From assembly GCF_006345805.1 (NCBI RefSeq), contig NC_043019.1, forward strand, positions 1,054,001 through 1,118,000: a DNA stretch of 64,000 nucleotides, read 5' to 3'. A program made the translations under genes and the position numbers. This document shows positions 1 to 13,186 of this stretch, one piece after another; the stretch's first letter is position 1; each line of letters opens with the position of its first letter. Source of the DNA: Octopus sinensis (taxonomy: Eukaryota). A model generated the notes under the pieces. That model was not told the DNA's origin. It ran no database searches and saw only the letters and a program-made list of their open reading frames with translations.

Positions 1-4
1 AAGT

Positions 5-370
5 GGACTGGAAGCACTCCGTCGGTTACGACGATGAGGGTTCCGGTTGATCCGAATCAACCGAACAGCCTGCTCGTGAAATTAACGTGTAAGTGGCTGA
101 GCACTCCACAGACACGTGCACCCTTAACATAGTTCTCGGGGATATTCAGCGTGACACAGAGAGTGACAAGGCCGGCCCTTTGAAATACAGGTACAACAGA
201 AACAGGAAGTAAGAGTGAGAGAAAGTTGTGGTGAAAGAGTACAGCAGGGATCACCACCATCCCCTGCAAGAACCTCGTGGAGCTTTTAGGTGTTTTCGCT
301 CAATAAACACTCACAATGCCCGGTCTGGGAATCGAAACCGTGATCCTACGACCGCGAGTCCGCTGCCCTA
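5..370 (-). mobile_element. tRNA-headed SINE, family E (slightly 5'-truncated)
   Basis: Near-identical to the full copy at 39469-39860; tail shared with family D. Confidence 0.85.
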
Positions 371-528
371 AACACATGTAATCGACTTACCCGCTTCCCC
401 GGAATTGCTTGCCTTGTACCAAAATTTGGAACCAGCAATGGAAGAGGCAGTGTCTTTGACAAAAACGATAGAGTTGTCCAATAAACTGCTTCGCTGTGCG
501 AATGCAAATCCGACCCAGACCAAGATTT

Positions 529-832
529 GTTGCTTGTTCCTTCTCGAGCAATGCCTGACTCATAAGGGCCGGTTTCCCGGTTTTTTGGCGTATAGGTTCC
601 CCACCTGGACGGGACGCCGGCCCATCGCAGGTGAGCTGCAAGATGCTGTAGGAAAGAGTGAGAGAAAGTTGTGGCGAAAGAGTCAGCGGAAGTTTCGCCA
701 TTACCTTCAGTTGGAGCCGCGTGGAGCTTAGGTGTTTCGCTCATAAACATGCACATCGTCCGATCTGAGATTCGAACCCTCGATCCCTCGACCGCGAGTC
801 CGCTGCTCTAACCACTAGGCCATGTGCCTCCA
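529..832 (-). mobile_element. tRNA-headed SINE, family C, full length with 13-bp TSD
   Basis: A-box TGGCCTAGTGG and B-box GGTTCGAATCT on minus; TSD CAGACCAAGATTT at 516-528 and 833-845; other copies at 3730 and 47672. Confidence 0.9.
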
Positions 833-1951
833 CAGACCAAGATTTCCTTGCGACAAAAAGATATACTATGTCAGGAAGGTAAAAATGAAGTGATTGTAAG
901 CATGCAGTATCGGACGCATCATTACGTCCGGAGTTCAAATCTTGCCTAGGTTTACTTGGATGATTGATTTTATAGTTCACTAGAGCCGATTCAAAGCCAC
1001 CAACTAGTACATTGGATGATACTATTGCTAAGATTCTGGTAGCTCTCTGGTTATTGATTGCCTTCCCCTGCCCTTCTCATTAGTTGTGACAGCCTTATAA
1101 AAAACCAGTATCATCGCCTTCCTTCTGGCACAAAATTAAAATAGTAAAACTATAAACAAGTCCATTCTACACTCTGTTTCAATTCGAATCAATAAGACAT
1201 TGAAATATATACAATAAATCCGTTTCTACAATTTATATATCAACGTCATGATTTCAGTTATAAATGGCGTGTCGAAACAGAATCATCAAAAGATTAATTG
1301 ATAATTGACATTTAATAACATTTATTGTAGATTATAGTGAAAGATAATCGTTTCCCTATGTAAGTAGAGGGTAATGCCAAGGAGGAGTGCTATTGTTCTT
1401 CTTCGTCATCACGAGAGAAATTGTGCGCGCACATGAATGAGCAAATATACGTGGAATATATTTGAATTACTTATGATGTGGATTCACACACACACACACA
1501 TACACACACACACACACACAAAGACACACGCTCACACAAAGACATACGCACACACACACACGGGCATACACACATATGCATACATACATTTATATAGATA
1601 GATAAATGCATACGTACATATATCCATACATAATTATAAAGTGAGCCACAAACTATTTTAATGATTAACTATGCGTAGTGTATTCAGCACTCATCTCTTT
1701 CGTTTCTATACCTATGCGTTTATGTGCGTGAACAATTGAGAGGTCCTGAGTCTGTTCCGCTGGTTATATTAAAATTTTCTCACAATTAGAGAAAATACTA
1801 ATATCCAATCCGTTCATTAGAATTTGGAAATCAGGCAGATAATCATGTATTGTAACAGTATATGTACGTATATATCTATATACGTATATACGTGTATATA
1901 TGTATTTGCGTGTGTGTATGTATATACACACACACACACACACACACATAT

Positions 1952-2063
1952 ATGTATATATGTATTGATGTATGTGTGTAATACATACATATATATACAT
2001 GTATAAACATATCCACATATACACACATGTATATAATATATATATATATATATATACATATAG

Positions 2064-2112
<49 letters not shown>

Positions 2113-2689
2113 GTGTGTGGAGGCGCGATGGCCCAGTGGTTAGGGCAGCGGACTCGCGGTCGTAGGATCGTGGTTTCGATTCCCAGACTGGGCGGGGCGA
2201 CGTGAATGTTTCGCCACAACTTTCTCTCCCTCTTTCTTCTGTTGGCCTGCTCGCTTAGCCAGCGGTCATTTGAATGCTAAACAATGCCAAGCGCATTGTG
2301 ACCAGCGATGTGTAGCAACATCTGATTGTCTGGTCGGTCACGGTGAACACTATATACCACACACATATATATATATATATATATATGTGTGTGTATATAG
2401 TGTTCACCGTGACCGACCAGACAATCATATATATATATATATGTGTGTGTGTATATAGTGTTCACCGTGACCGACCAGACAATCAGATGTTGCTACACAT
2501 CGCTGGTCACAATGCGCTTGGCATTGTTTTAGCATTCAAATGACCGCTGGCTAAGTGAGCAGGCCAACAGAAGAAAGAGGGAGAGAAAGTTGTGGCGAAA
2601 CATTCACGTCGCCCCGCCCAGTCTGGGAATCGAAACCACGATCCTACGACCGCGAGTCCGCTGCCCTAACCACTGGGCCATCGCGCCTC

Positions 2690-2764
<75 letters not shown>

Positions 2765-2856
2765 ATATATATTTCTCTGTGTGTGTACATATGTGGATAT
2801 GTTTATACATGTATATATATGTATGTATTACACACATACATCAATACATATATACA
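1952..2856. repeat. Near-perfect inverted duplication (about 400-bp arms) containing a chimeric family-E SINE
   Basis: 2118-2346 is the reverse complement of 2462-2690, including a private deletion junction; flanking CA/TA sequence is also mirrored. Confidence 0.85.
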
Positions 2857-3029
2857 CACACTTGTATAAATATATATGTGTGTGTATATGTCTGGGCGCA
2901 TGTATGTATACTATCATACATGTCATTGCTTGTTTGGAAACGCTTTGGTTTCCGTGTGTCTACATTTAATTACGTTGAAGATATAATTATGCAGTACATA
3001 AACGTTGTATGTAAATGCAGTTATTACGA

Positions 3030-3420
3030 TCTAAACTTCGAGAATGATTTACAAATTTCTTTAGTTCCAGTAATAATGGCCTGCGATTGCAATTTCCTAA
3101 CTAGCGGTGACATTTCATGTTTAGTGAAGCCTAGCTAGCTTTAAAAGATTGTTTCGAATGCAGTTAACTCCATATCCAAATACCCTGTAAATTACCAGTA
3201 TTATAACTCGAAAGCTATAAATCTGGTCGGGGTGTCTGCTGAAATCTCATTAATTCACTATGGACGTTTTCTATTTCAATAAATGTGAGCACTGTGTCAA
3301 CATCTGCTTGGCAACTGATTTCCACGACTTCACCTACTTTCTTTTTTCTGTCTCGCATCTGGACCATTTTGCATATATTTTGCTGAGGCTTTTTCGATAA
3401 ATTTTGTATCAACATCATTT
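3030..3420 (-). pseudogene. Degenerate 3' end of an RLE-type (Dong/R4-like) non-LTR retrotransposon
   Basis: Frame-broken peptides DVDTKFIEK...RPDL*...GYELTAFE...LGFTKHEMSPLVRKLQSQAIITGTKEICKSFSKF resemble the PD-(D/E)xK endonuclease and C-terminal helix of R4/Dong ORFs (recognised from memory). Confidence 0.4.
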
Positions 3421-3729
3421 TATTTTATGAGTCTGTGCATTCATAGCATTGCTATTCCTAGCGCTTTTATCCTCAGAACTGTACACTACGTCGATTACAA
3501 CGTACAAATACTATCGTCACGTTTACTTTTCAGGAAGCAGCCTATATTCTTTTGTTGGTTCCACACTTGAGACGTAAGTAGAATGTGTGTCGCTCGTGGC
3601 AGCCATCTATTTGCACACTTCCACCCGCAAACACAAACTATACATGTTTATACAGAACCAAATGGGCCACGCTGAGAATTGCATCATGCGAAGCAGACCA
3701 TCCTCTACCATCCCGGGCATGGTACTGCT

Positions 3730-4016
3730 CCTTCCTTCTCAAGCCAAGCCTGGCTCATAAGGGCCGGTTTCTTGGTTTCCTTGGCGTATAGGTTCCCCAC
3801 CTGGACGGGACGCCGGTCCGTCGCAGGTGAGCTACATGATGCAGGAGGAAAGAGTGAGAGGAAGTTGTGGCGAAAGAGTCAGCAAAAGTTCGCCATTACC
3901 TTCTGCCGGAGTCACGTGGACCTTAGGTGTTTCGCTCATAAACACACACATCGTCCGGTCTGAGATTCGAATCCGCGATCCCTTGACCGCGAGTCCGCTG
4001 CTCTAACCACAAGGCC
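3730..4016 (-). mobile_element. SINE family C
   Basis: Aligns by eye with 529-832. Confidence 0.85.
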
Positions 4017-4088
4017 AGAGTCAGAATCTGTTGTCGTATCATGCTTCTTTGTCCATGTCTTTACGTGGTTATTATTTTTTGTTACTCA

Positions 4089-4330
4089 GGCGGTGAGCTG
4101 ACAGAATCGTCAGCACAGCGGGCAAGATACTCAGCCGCATTTCGACCATCTTAGCGTTCTGAGTTCAAATTCCGCCGAGGTCGACTTTGCCTTTCATCCT
4201 TATACTGTTGATGAAATAATTACGAGTTACGTACTGAGATCGATATAATCGACTCGCCCCTCCCACGCCAGAAATTTCCAGGCATTGTGCCGTCTGATGT
4301 AAGGTTTATTTGCTTTCCTATAGTACAAAT
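4089..4330 (+). mobile_element. Older SINE family A variant (Meta-like core, CCCCTCCC...AATTTC tail)
   Basis: GGCGGTGAGCTG head and GAGGTCGACTTTGCCTTTCATCCT core. Confidence 0.7.
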
Positions 4331-5062
4331 GTCCCTCTCTTAAAATAAAATCATTGTTGGTCAAAACGTGACCAGTTTTATGATATAGTTTACTGTGAAC
4401 ATGAAGCATTCTGGCGACATAGTCATTCAGGAATTTCTACTGATATACATATACATTTTCATCTGATGACTTATGAATCAATCTCAGAGTATAACTTCTT
4501 GGTCAGTAGTCAGAAACTCGTATCTGATTTCCATGATCCATGATGGCATATCAATGCTTGGCTGTTTGTAGATGTTGTATGAGGGGCATAATGAGGCATT
4601 CAAACGGTATTTGAATCGGTGTTTTCACTTTATGTAGAAGCTGTTGCTATCACTATTGATATAGTAGTGTAGCAATAGTGTGGGATGTCTGAAGAGACCC
4701 TTGGTTTTGCCGCCCTTCCTCACGCACCCCTTATATTGCAGTCCTTAAAATGCCGTCTCCATAAAAGCGTCGCCGTGGGTGGGCCGTCCACCACACACAT
4801 TCGCTAAATCTGCTTTCGTGCTGATGTTGAAAATTCTGGTTTCAGCAACCGCTTTCGGATTTGAAAGTCGACTATCCGTATTTATGTGTGAAAATCTACG
4901 TCTGTGTATGTATATGTGTGTATATGCGTGTTTTATGTGCATGTTGCCTGTTCATATAAATGTAATGGGCTGGGCTGTTCAGTTTCACTTGACGCCGCAT
5001 CGGTGATTGGTTAAGCAGTACGTGACCAACTCCCAACGTACCGGTTGTATCATCAGTAGCTA

Positions 5063-5482
5063 AGGCGGCGAGTTGGCAGAAACGTTAGCATGCCGAGCGA
5101 AATGCGTAGCAGTATTTCGACTGCCGCTACGTTCTGAGTTCAAATTCCACCGAGGTCGACTTTGCCTTTCATCCTTTCGGGGTCGATAAATTAAGTATCA
5201 GTCACGCACTCAGGTCGATGTAATCGACTTAATCCGTCTGTCTGTCCTTGTTTGTCCTCTCTGTGTTTAGCCCCTTGTGGGTAATAAAGAAATAGGTATT
5301 TCATTTGCCGTTACGTTCTGAGTTCCAATTCTGCCGAGGTCGACTTTGCCTTTCATCCTTTCGGGGTCGATAAATTAAGTTCCATTTACACGCTGGAGTC
5401 GATGTAATCGACTTAATCCGTTTGTCTCTCCTTGTTTGTCCCCTCTGTGTTTAGCCCCTTGTGAGCAGTAAAGAAATAGGTA
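5063..5482 (+). mobile_element. SINE family A, full unit plus head-less tandem unit
   Basis: Core GAGGTCGACTTTGCCTTTCATCCTTTCGGGGTCGATAAATTAAGTACCAG resembles the MetaSINE central domain; junction at GGTATT near 5295. Confidence 0.85.
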
Positions 5483-5711
5483 ACATCAGTAGCTGCCATA
5501 CGAGCTTGGGTCAACCCAGTCCCTGTCAATATATATGTGAATAAGGAAACCTGACGATGGGAGTGAACATAAAATTCAAATGTACAGCCTTGGTACACTG
5601 TGCAACAATCGTTCCTCCTGGGGAGTAATAACTAGTTGTCTACATGATGTCATACATTTGGTTAGAATACATATCACTCGTCGTCGTAAGTGACGGCGAT
5701 CCATTTGCTTA

Positions 5712-5913
5712 TTCTTTTATTTGTTTCAGTCATTTGACCGAGGCCATGCTGGAGCACCGCCTTTAGTCGAGCAAATCGAGCCCAGGGCTTATTCTTTGAA
5801 AGCCTAGTACTTATTCCATCGGTCGCTCTTGCCGAACCGCTAGGTGACGGGGATGTAAACACACCAGCATCGTTGTCAAGTGATGTTGGGAGGATAAACA
5901 CATACACACAAAC

Positions 5914-5993
<80 letters not shown>

Positions 5994-6045
5994 GACGCGC
6001 TTTTTTCAGTTTCCGACTACCAAATCCACTCACAAGACTTTGTTT
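5712..6045 (-). mobile_element. SINE family B (3' two-thirds, internal CA/TA microsatellite)
   Basis: Reverse complement of the full copy at 34105-34525. Confidence 0.85.
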
Positions 6046-6074
6046 TATACACATTTTTAGCAAGAGTGACTATG

Positions 6075-6475
6075 TAGTAGGTAGCTTGCTTACCAACCAC
6101 ATGGTTCCGGGTTCAGTCCCACTGCGTGGCACCTTGGGCAAGTGTCTTCTACTATAGCCTCGGGCCGACCAAAGCCTTGTGAGTGGATTTGGTAGACGGA
6201 AACTGAAAGAAGCCCGTCGTATATATGTATAAATATATATGTGTGTGTGTGTGTGTGCGTATGTTTGTGTATCTGTGTTTGTCCCCACCCCACCCCAACA
6301 TCGCTTGGCAATTGATGCTGGTGCGTGTACGTCCCCGTCACTTAGCGGTTCGGCAAAAAAGGACCGATATAATAAGTACTAGGCTTACGAGGAATAAGTG
6401 CTGGGGCTGATATGCTCGACTAAAGGCGGTGCTCCAGCATGGCAGCAGTCAAATGACTGAAACAAGTAAGAGAGA
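6075..6475 (+). mobile_element. SINE family B, near full length, head-to-head with the previous copy
   Basis: GGTTCAGTCCC B-box-like motif, CCTTGGGCAAGTG CORE-like start, GAAACAAGTAAGAG tail. Confidence 0.85.
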
Positions 6476-7025
6476 GAGAGAGTAAAGAATATTAATTCCC
6501 TTAGTTATTCCCTGGTCTTAAGAAATATCATAAGCGAATTGGTGTCAAGGCAGTTATTTACATTGCTAAGTGCCTCATTTATGAGACAGGAATTATACTT
6601 ATGGTGTAGCCATATGATTTAGTCACAGATGTTTCTTCTTCCTTCTCACATATCCTTAACCTTATATTTAAGCAGCTCTTCGATATAAGACATCTTCTAA
6701 TCTGCACACTTTCTTTTTGCTGTTTCCTGGTTCATGTTCACTGAACTTTAGTGAAACTTTCACTGAGATGTAGACACGGATATTAATATTCTATCAATAT
6801 TCTTTAGTAGTAATGTTGAATATGCTATATTGATTTTATCAGTGAAGAATGGCTAAAGAGATTTAGGAAGGCTATGGGTGTGTCATATGTACTGGAGATA
6901 CAATAAAGAAAACAGTTTTCTTTGAGAATGAGAACGCTGACATGTATTTATCAGAATTTTATGAAAACATAATTTGATGGTAAGACGATTAACTCTGCTC
7001 ATACACACACACACATACACACACA

Positions 7026-7072
<47 letters not shown>

Positions 7073-7454
7073 ATGTGTATGAAGACGCGTGGCATAGTTG
7101 TCGTTAGACTGTTTATATATCCCGACAGGTGGAGCGTGATGTTCACGAAAAGACAGATCACTACATTTCATATTGCTTCAGTCCACACAGCTGTAAATGC
7201 GTAACCCGGACACGGACAGGTATTACGTATATGCGAAATGTTCCTTTGCAGCTTTGTAAGACCATATCTTATTGTCCCTCTCTATAAACACACACTCACA
7301 CACACACACACACAGGCTCACACACATATATAAATTTAATTAGAGGATATATTAACCTCGTAATGGGATCGTTACATCCAACGAAATAACGGTTCAATAG
7401 CTTGTATTATTGGGGAATGAAACTACCTTAAAACAACAGGTACATGTTAAGCAT

Positions 7455-7862
7455 ATAATTTATATCAAGTTAAATGAAGAAAAGAAAATGGAGAGTAGGA
7501 AGTTGATAATTAATTTTTATCAACAAATTGGTCATCTTTACTTCTTACAGCCATTTCAATTAATACTCAATAATTTAATTATAAATTTTTGCATTGTGAC
7601 ATGAGCATAATTTCATCTTAGAAAAATATATACCTTGACTCTGTAGGGTTTGCTGATGATATATCGGCATGTAACATCTCAATGTATATGTTTTTCCCTG
7701 ATGAAATTATGCGCATGTAACATAAAAGCAAATTTGAAGCACAAATTTGTAATTAGATTATTGAGTATTAATTGAAACAGTTTTAAGAAGATGACTAATT
7801 TGCTAATAATCAATAATTAACTTCTTATTCTACATTTGCTTTTTTTTCCATTTAACTATACA
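7455..7862. mobile_element. Old foldback / MITE-like element
   Basis: About 7455-7635 is a diverged reverse complement of about 7684-7862 (e.g. TTTCAATTAATACTCAATAAT / ATTATTGAGTATTAATTGAAA). Confidence 0.6.
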
Positions 7863-8159
7863 GGAACTCCGTCAGCTGATACGTCAGCTGATACGATCAA
7901 CGAAACAGCTTGCTCGAGAAATTAACGTGCAAGTGGCTGAGCATTCCACAAACACGTGTACCCTTAACGTAGTTCTCGTGGAGATTCAGCGTGACTCAGA
8001 GTGTGACCCTTTGAAATACAGGCACTACACACACAAAACACACACAAAACACACACACACACACTTATTAGAAGTGTCTTATTAGGGTTGGAAATCCTGG
8101 TTCCTTATATATTCCTATATAAGTAATCTATATAAGTAACCTCTATATATAAGTAACCT

Positions 8160-8389
8160 ATTTCTTTCCTACACGCTAGGGGCTAAACACAGAGAGGACA
8201 AACAAACAAGGACAGACAAACAGATTAAGTCGATTACATTGACCCCAGTGTGTAACTGGTACTTTATCGACCCCGAAAGGATGAAAGGTAAAGTCGACCT
8301 CGGTGGAATTTGAACTCAGAACGTAATGGCAGACGGAATACGGCTACGCATTTCGCCCGGCGTGCTAACGTTTCTGCCAGCTCACCGCC
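8160..8389 (-). mobile_element. SINE family A inserted in a TATATAAGTAACC minisatellite
   Basis: Full head and tail; the minisatellite unit is on both sides. Confidence 0.85.
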
Positions 8390-9029
8390 TATATATAAGT
8401 AACCACTACCTATATACTCCTATAGAAGTAACCTATATAAGTAACCACCTCAATTTCCTTTGGAGGTATTGTTTTCTAAATTCGCTTAATTTCCGCGTAC
8501 TCTATTCACAGAGCAGGTCCGCAAAATTTCGAACTTCAGTAGGTAATCGTGGATTACAGGTTAGCTGAAGCGAGTTACATAATTTTATTCAGTTTTTAAA
8601 CGCCGAAGGGTTTTAATGTAAGAGTATTAATGCTGAGTTACCTAAATGGGGCTTTATATTAAATCGATAAGCAATTTATTACGATAAATAATAGTACTCC
8701 GTGTATAATATTTTCTGATTTCAGCATAGAGCTAGAAATATTGAGAAAAGGCTGAAAGGTCACTACCATAGACCCAGCACTTGAATATTACTTTATTTCG
8801 TTGAGCACAAAGTTATGAATTGCAAAGAAAAACTGAGCGTAATTTGAACTCAAAATGTAAGGAATGGAATCACGCAATACATTTTAACCGACTCGTCGAC
8901 TTCCATTCGCTGCTTAATTTTAAGTGTATGGGTGATATTAGTGAATGATTCATACAATATTCATATACAACGCTAAAACTGTGTTTTGCATACTGGGCGA
9001 TACTGTACATAATATATAATAGGATATAA

Positions 9030-9870
9030 GGTGGCCAAGGAGCAGAATCGTTAGCATGCCAGCCAAAATGTTTAGCGGCATTTCGTCCGATCTGCGTTCT
9101 GAGTTCAGATTCCGCCGAGATCGACTTTGCCTTTAGTCCTTTCAGGGTCGATAAAATAAGTACCAGTTGAACACTGGGGTCGATGCAATCGATTTTCCTC
9201 CTGCCCCCAAATTGCTGGCATTGTGTCAAAAGTTGACACCACCATATGATAGGATAAGAGGCGGCCAGGTGGCAGAAACGTTAGCACGTCGGCGAAATGC
9301 TTAGCGGTATTTCGTCTGCCGCTACGTTCTGAGTTCAAATTCCGCCGAGGTCGACTTTACATTTCATCCTTTCGGGGTCGATAAATTAAGTACCAGTTAC
9401 GCACTGGGGTCGATGTAATCGACTTAATCCGTTTGTCTGCCCTTGTTTGTCCTCTCTGTGTTTAGCCCCTTGTGGGTAGTAAAGAAATAGGTATTTCGTC
9501 AGTCGTTACGTTCTGAGTTTAAATTCCGCTGAGGTCGACTTTACCTTTCATCCTTTCGGGGTCGATAAATTAAGTACAAGTTACGCACTGGGGTCGATGT
9601 AATCAACTTAATCCGTTTGTCTGTCCTTGTTTGTTTCCTCTATGTTTAGCCCCTTGTGGACAATTAAGAAATAACAAACGTTAGCGCGGTGGAGAAAATG
9701 CTTAACGGCATTTCGAACATCTCTACGTTGTGAGTTCAAATTCTGCCAAAATCGACATTGTTCTACATCCTTTCGGGATCGGTAAAGTAAGTGCCATTTG
9801 AGTACTGTGGTCGCTATAATCAGTTTAACCCCTTCCCGAAATTGCTGGTTTTGAGCCCTAATTTGAAAGT
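9030..9870 (+). mobile_element. Cluster of four family-A SINE modules
   Basis: Repeated core at about 9120, 9345, 9530 and 9750. Confidence 0.85.
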
Positions 9871-10162
9871 AATATATGCAAGGATATAAAGGTGGCAAGC
9901 TGATGGAATCCCTAGCACGCCGGTGAAAATGCTTAGTGGCGTTTAATATAGGATATGTGGAAGATATCCACATGTGTGGAGTGTAATATTTCTACCTATA
10001 GTGCACATTAAATTATATAAAATTATACCTTTATACGCAGTTTAACTGTTGTCTTATGTCAGATATTAATATAATTTATGATTAATATTTACAAATAAAC
10101 ATCAGCTTGAAGTTCTTTACAGGGCGTAAGTCTATAGAAGATTGGGATATATACGTAAGGAA

Positions 10163-10740
10163 GGCGGCGTGCGGGCAGAAACGTTAGGAAGCCGGGCGAA
10201 ATGCGTAGCCGTATTTCGTCTGCCGTTACGTTCTGAGTTCAAATTCCGCCGAGGTCGACTTTGCCTTTCATCCTTTCGGGGTCGATAAATTAAGTACCAG
10301 TTACGCACTGGGGTCGATGTAATCGACTTAATCCGTTTGTCTGTCCATGTTTGTCCCCTCTGTGTTTAGGCCCTTGGGGGTAGTAAAGAAATAGTTATTT
10401 CGTCTGCCGTCACGTTCTGAATTCAAATTGCGCCGAGGTCGACTTTACCTTTCACTCTTTCGTGGTCGATAAATTAAGTACCAGTTACTGCGTAACTGGT
10501 ACTTAATTTACATAGACCCCAGTGCGTAACTGGTACTTAATTTAACGACCCCGAAAGGATGAAAGGCAAAGTCGACCTATATTAAATTTCACTAAGCATT
10601 CCCCGTCTTTACTTTCTGAGTTTAAATTCCACCGAGTTCGACATTGCTTTTCAATTTTGTGTTTAGGGTCGAAAAAATGAGTTCAAGCCGAGCACTGGAG
10701 TCGATGTAATCGACCGATCACCCTTCCCCAAATATTCAGA
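10163..10740 (+). mobile_element. Family-A SINE array with an internal inverted fragment (10490-10580)
   Basis: Full unit, head-less unit, then reverse-complement core pieces. Confidence 0.8.
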
Positions 10741-10885
10741 CCACGTGCCTATCGAAAAACAGATTATTACAGCTATTTACTGCTACACATTCTGTTTCAC
10801 TTCTATATTTAAGAGATGAGGAATTATGTACATTATTTACATTGTTTACATTTGACTGATATTTGTCCTCATTTTGTTTGTTGTT

Positions 10886-10931
10886 AACACAACTTTTCGG
10901 CTGATATAGCCTCCAGCCTTCATCAGGTGTC
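10886..10931 (-). ncRNA. Minimal type I hammerhead motif (helix III mutated)
   Basis: Minus strand GACAC-CTGATGA-A-GGCTG..CAGCC-GAAA-AGTT-GTGTT; ACGT palindrome appears changed to AAGT. Confidence 0.55.
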
Positions 10932-10979
10932 TTGAAGAAATTTCCAGCCTGAGTTCTCATTCCTAAGGTATTTTTCGAT

Positions 10980-11176
10980 GTTATTATCATTATTATTAGT
11001 AGTAGTATTATCATCATTATTACTATTATCATTATTATTATTACTATTATCATTATTACTATTATCATTATTACTATTATTATTATTACTATTATTATTA
11101 TTACTATTATTATTATTACTATTATCATTATTACTATTATCATTATTACTATTATTATTACTATTATCATTATTAC

Positions 11177-11209
<33 letters not shown>

Positions 11210-11223
11210 GATGATGATGATGA
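10980..11223. repeat. Compound (ATT)n/(ATTACT)n/(ATC)n microsatellite
   Basis: Direct reading. Confidence 0.95.
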
Positions 11224-11686
11224 TCACTGCCTGGAATTGAACTCGGAGTTTTGGGGGTTAGTAGCCCGGTCTGTTAACTACTAAGCCCAAGGGAATATCA
11301 GTCGAAGCGTTGTGCTAAAAGCAAGATGAGGACAAATATTCGACAAATGTAAATGATGTAAATAATGTACATTCTATTTCATTGTTCATCAATATATATC
11401 GCATTTTAATGAATTATATACATGTGTGTATTTGTGCGTGTATATGTGCCTGTGTGTAGTCGAATCAAATTTAAATGATTAATGTGTTAAGTCAACGGCT
11501 ACTCGTGGGAATTGAATCCTTATCTGTTGTAGGTCTGACTGTCGTTCTTCAATTTTATCCCAATATTTACATGTAATTATACATAGCGTTATGCGTGTTT
11601 CGAGATCCGGTTCCGAATCAGAACTATTTCACGTTCTCTCGGTTGATTAAAAATGCCATTTATATGAATGTGTGTGTGTGTATGTG

Positions 11687-11739
<53 letters not shown>

Positions 11740-11747
<8 letters not shown>

Positions 11748-11860
11748 ATCACGTGACCGACCAGACCATCAGATGTTGTTACACATCGCTGGTCACAATG
11801 CGTTCGCATAGTTTTAGCCTTCGAATGACGCCACCCGCTGGCTAAGCGAGTAGGCCAATA
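11740..11860 (-). mobile_element. 3' tail of SINE family E (alternative tail E2)
   Basis: Matches the tails at 2250-2346 and 19010-19108. Confidence 0.75.
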
Positions 11861-11887
11861 TATATATATGTATATATATATACAAGT

Positions 11888-11958
<71 letters not shown>

Positions 11959-12519
11959 CATACATTCAGAGGTATGCACAGGCATAGATACGAATATATA
12001 AAATTGTAGTTGGCTAGCATTCAGCAAAATGTTGCTTTAAGGCCAATCCTGCCGACCACATGTTTTTATATAGATTGCTAGTAATTAATAATTAGTGCTA
12101 GTAATTAATAATTCAGTAAGAGAATTGAGAAAGGAGCATTCCGTGTAACATTAAAAGAGCAAGAGTGAAGGTGTGGTATGTGAAATACGAAGATAAAAAA
12201 AAAATAATCTTTTTTAAAATCATCAGATCAGGAAAGACTAGCAGAATAGCGTGAATTGCACACTGTCCCTCATTAACAAATATATCTCATCAAAGCAATG
12301 CGTGTATAATATATATATATAATATATATATTATATAATATATATATATATACCAGCTGAAATTGCAAAGATAATCTGGAATTTGACTGAGGAAAGAAAA
12401 CTTCCAATGACCCGTTCTTGTTTTCTTTGTATCGTCTCTCTGGATGCTTTGTTGTCCCATTTTGTATCACCTAACTCTCCGGATGTTTTGTATTTTATAT
12501 ATGCTGCAGCACCACTTTT

Positions 12520-12845
12520 AGTCGAGAAAATCCACCCCAAGACTTATTTTTTGGAAGCCTAGTACTTATTCTATCCATCTCTCTTGCTGAACCGCTAAGT
12601 TACGGGGACATAAACACTCCAGCATCGGCTGTCAAGGGATGTTGGGGGACAAACACAGACACACAAACATACACACATACACACACACTCATATATATAT
12701 ATACGTATATACAACGGGCTTATTTCAGTTTCCGTCTTCCAAATCCACCCGAGGCTATAGTAGAAGACATTTGCTCAAAGTGCTACGCAGGGGGAATGAA
12801 CCCGGAACCATGTGGTTCGTAAGCAAGCTACTTACCACACAGCCA
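12520..12845 (-). mobile_element. SINE family B with internal deletion
   Basis: Matches 34105-34525. Confidence 0.8.
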
Positions 12846-12899
12846 ATCCTGTGCCACTCCTGCGCCACTTCTGCGACTCTATATATATTTACAGAGGGA

Positions 12900-13186
12900 G
12901 AGATTGATAGATGGATGTATGGAGATAGATAGATATATAGATAGATAGATGGATGGATGGATGGATGGAGATAGATAGATAGATAGATAGATGGATGGAT
13001 GGATGGATGGAGATAGATAGATAGATAGATGGATAGATAGATAGATGTATGGATGGATTGAGATGGATGGATGGAGATAGATAGATGGAGGGAGATAGAT
13101 AGATGGATAGATAGATAGATAGATGGATAGATAGATAGATGGATAGATAGATGGATAGATAGATAGATGGATAGACAGATAGATAA
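12900..13186. repeat. (GATA)n/(GATG)n microsatellite
   Basis: Direct reading. Confidence 0.95.

Noticed and set aside
57-756. Recurrent ORFs such as MVVIPAVLFHHNF.., SEFKFRRGRLCLSSSRGR and [22 protein letters not shown]
   Set aside because: They come from SINE families A-E read in frame, recur at every copy and have no coding signature
3533-3573. 41-nt AG...GTAAGT micro-exon; also a 24-nt candidate at about 55381-55404 and one at about 52599-52671
   Set aside because: Short splice-like pairs are expected by chance in 64 kb; no recognisable peptide, and the 52599 candidate has stops in all frames
4463-4490. CTGATGA at 4463 (also at about 7654, 7698 and 32470)
   Set aside because: No helix II/GAAA/helix III/helix I arrangement could be built
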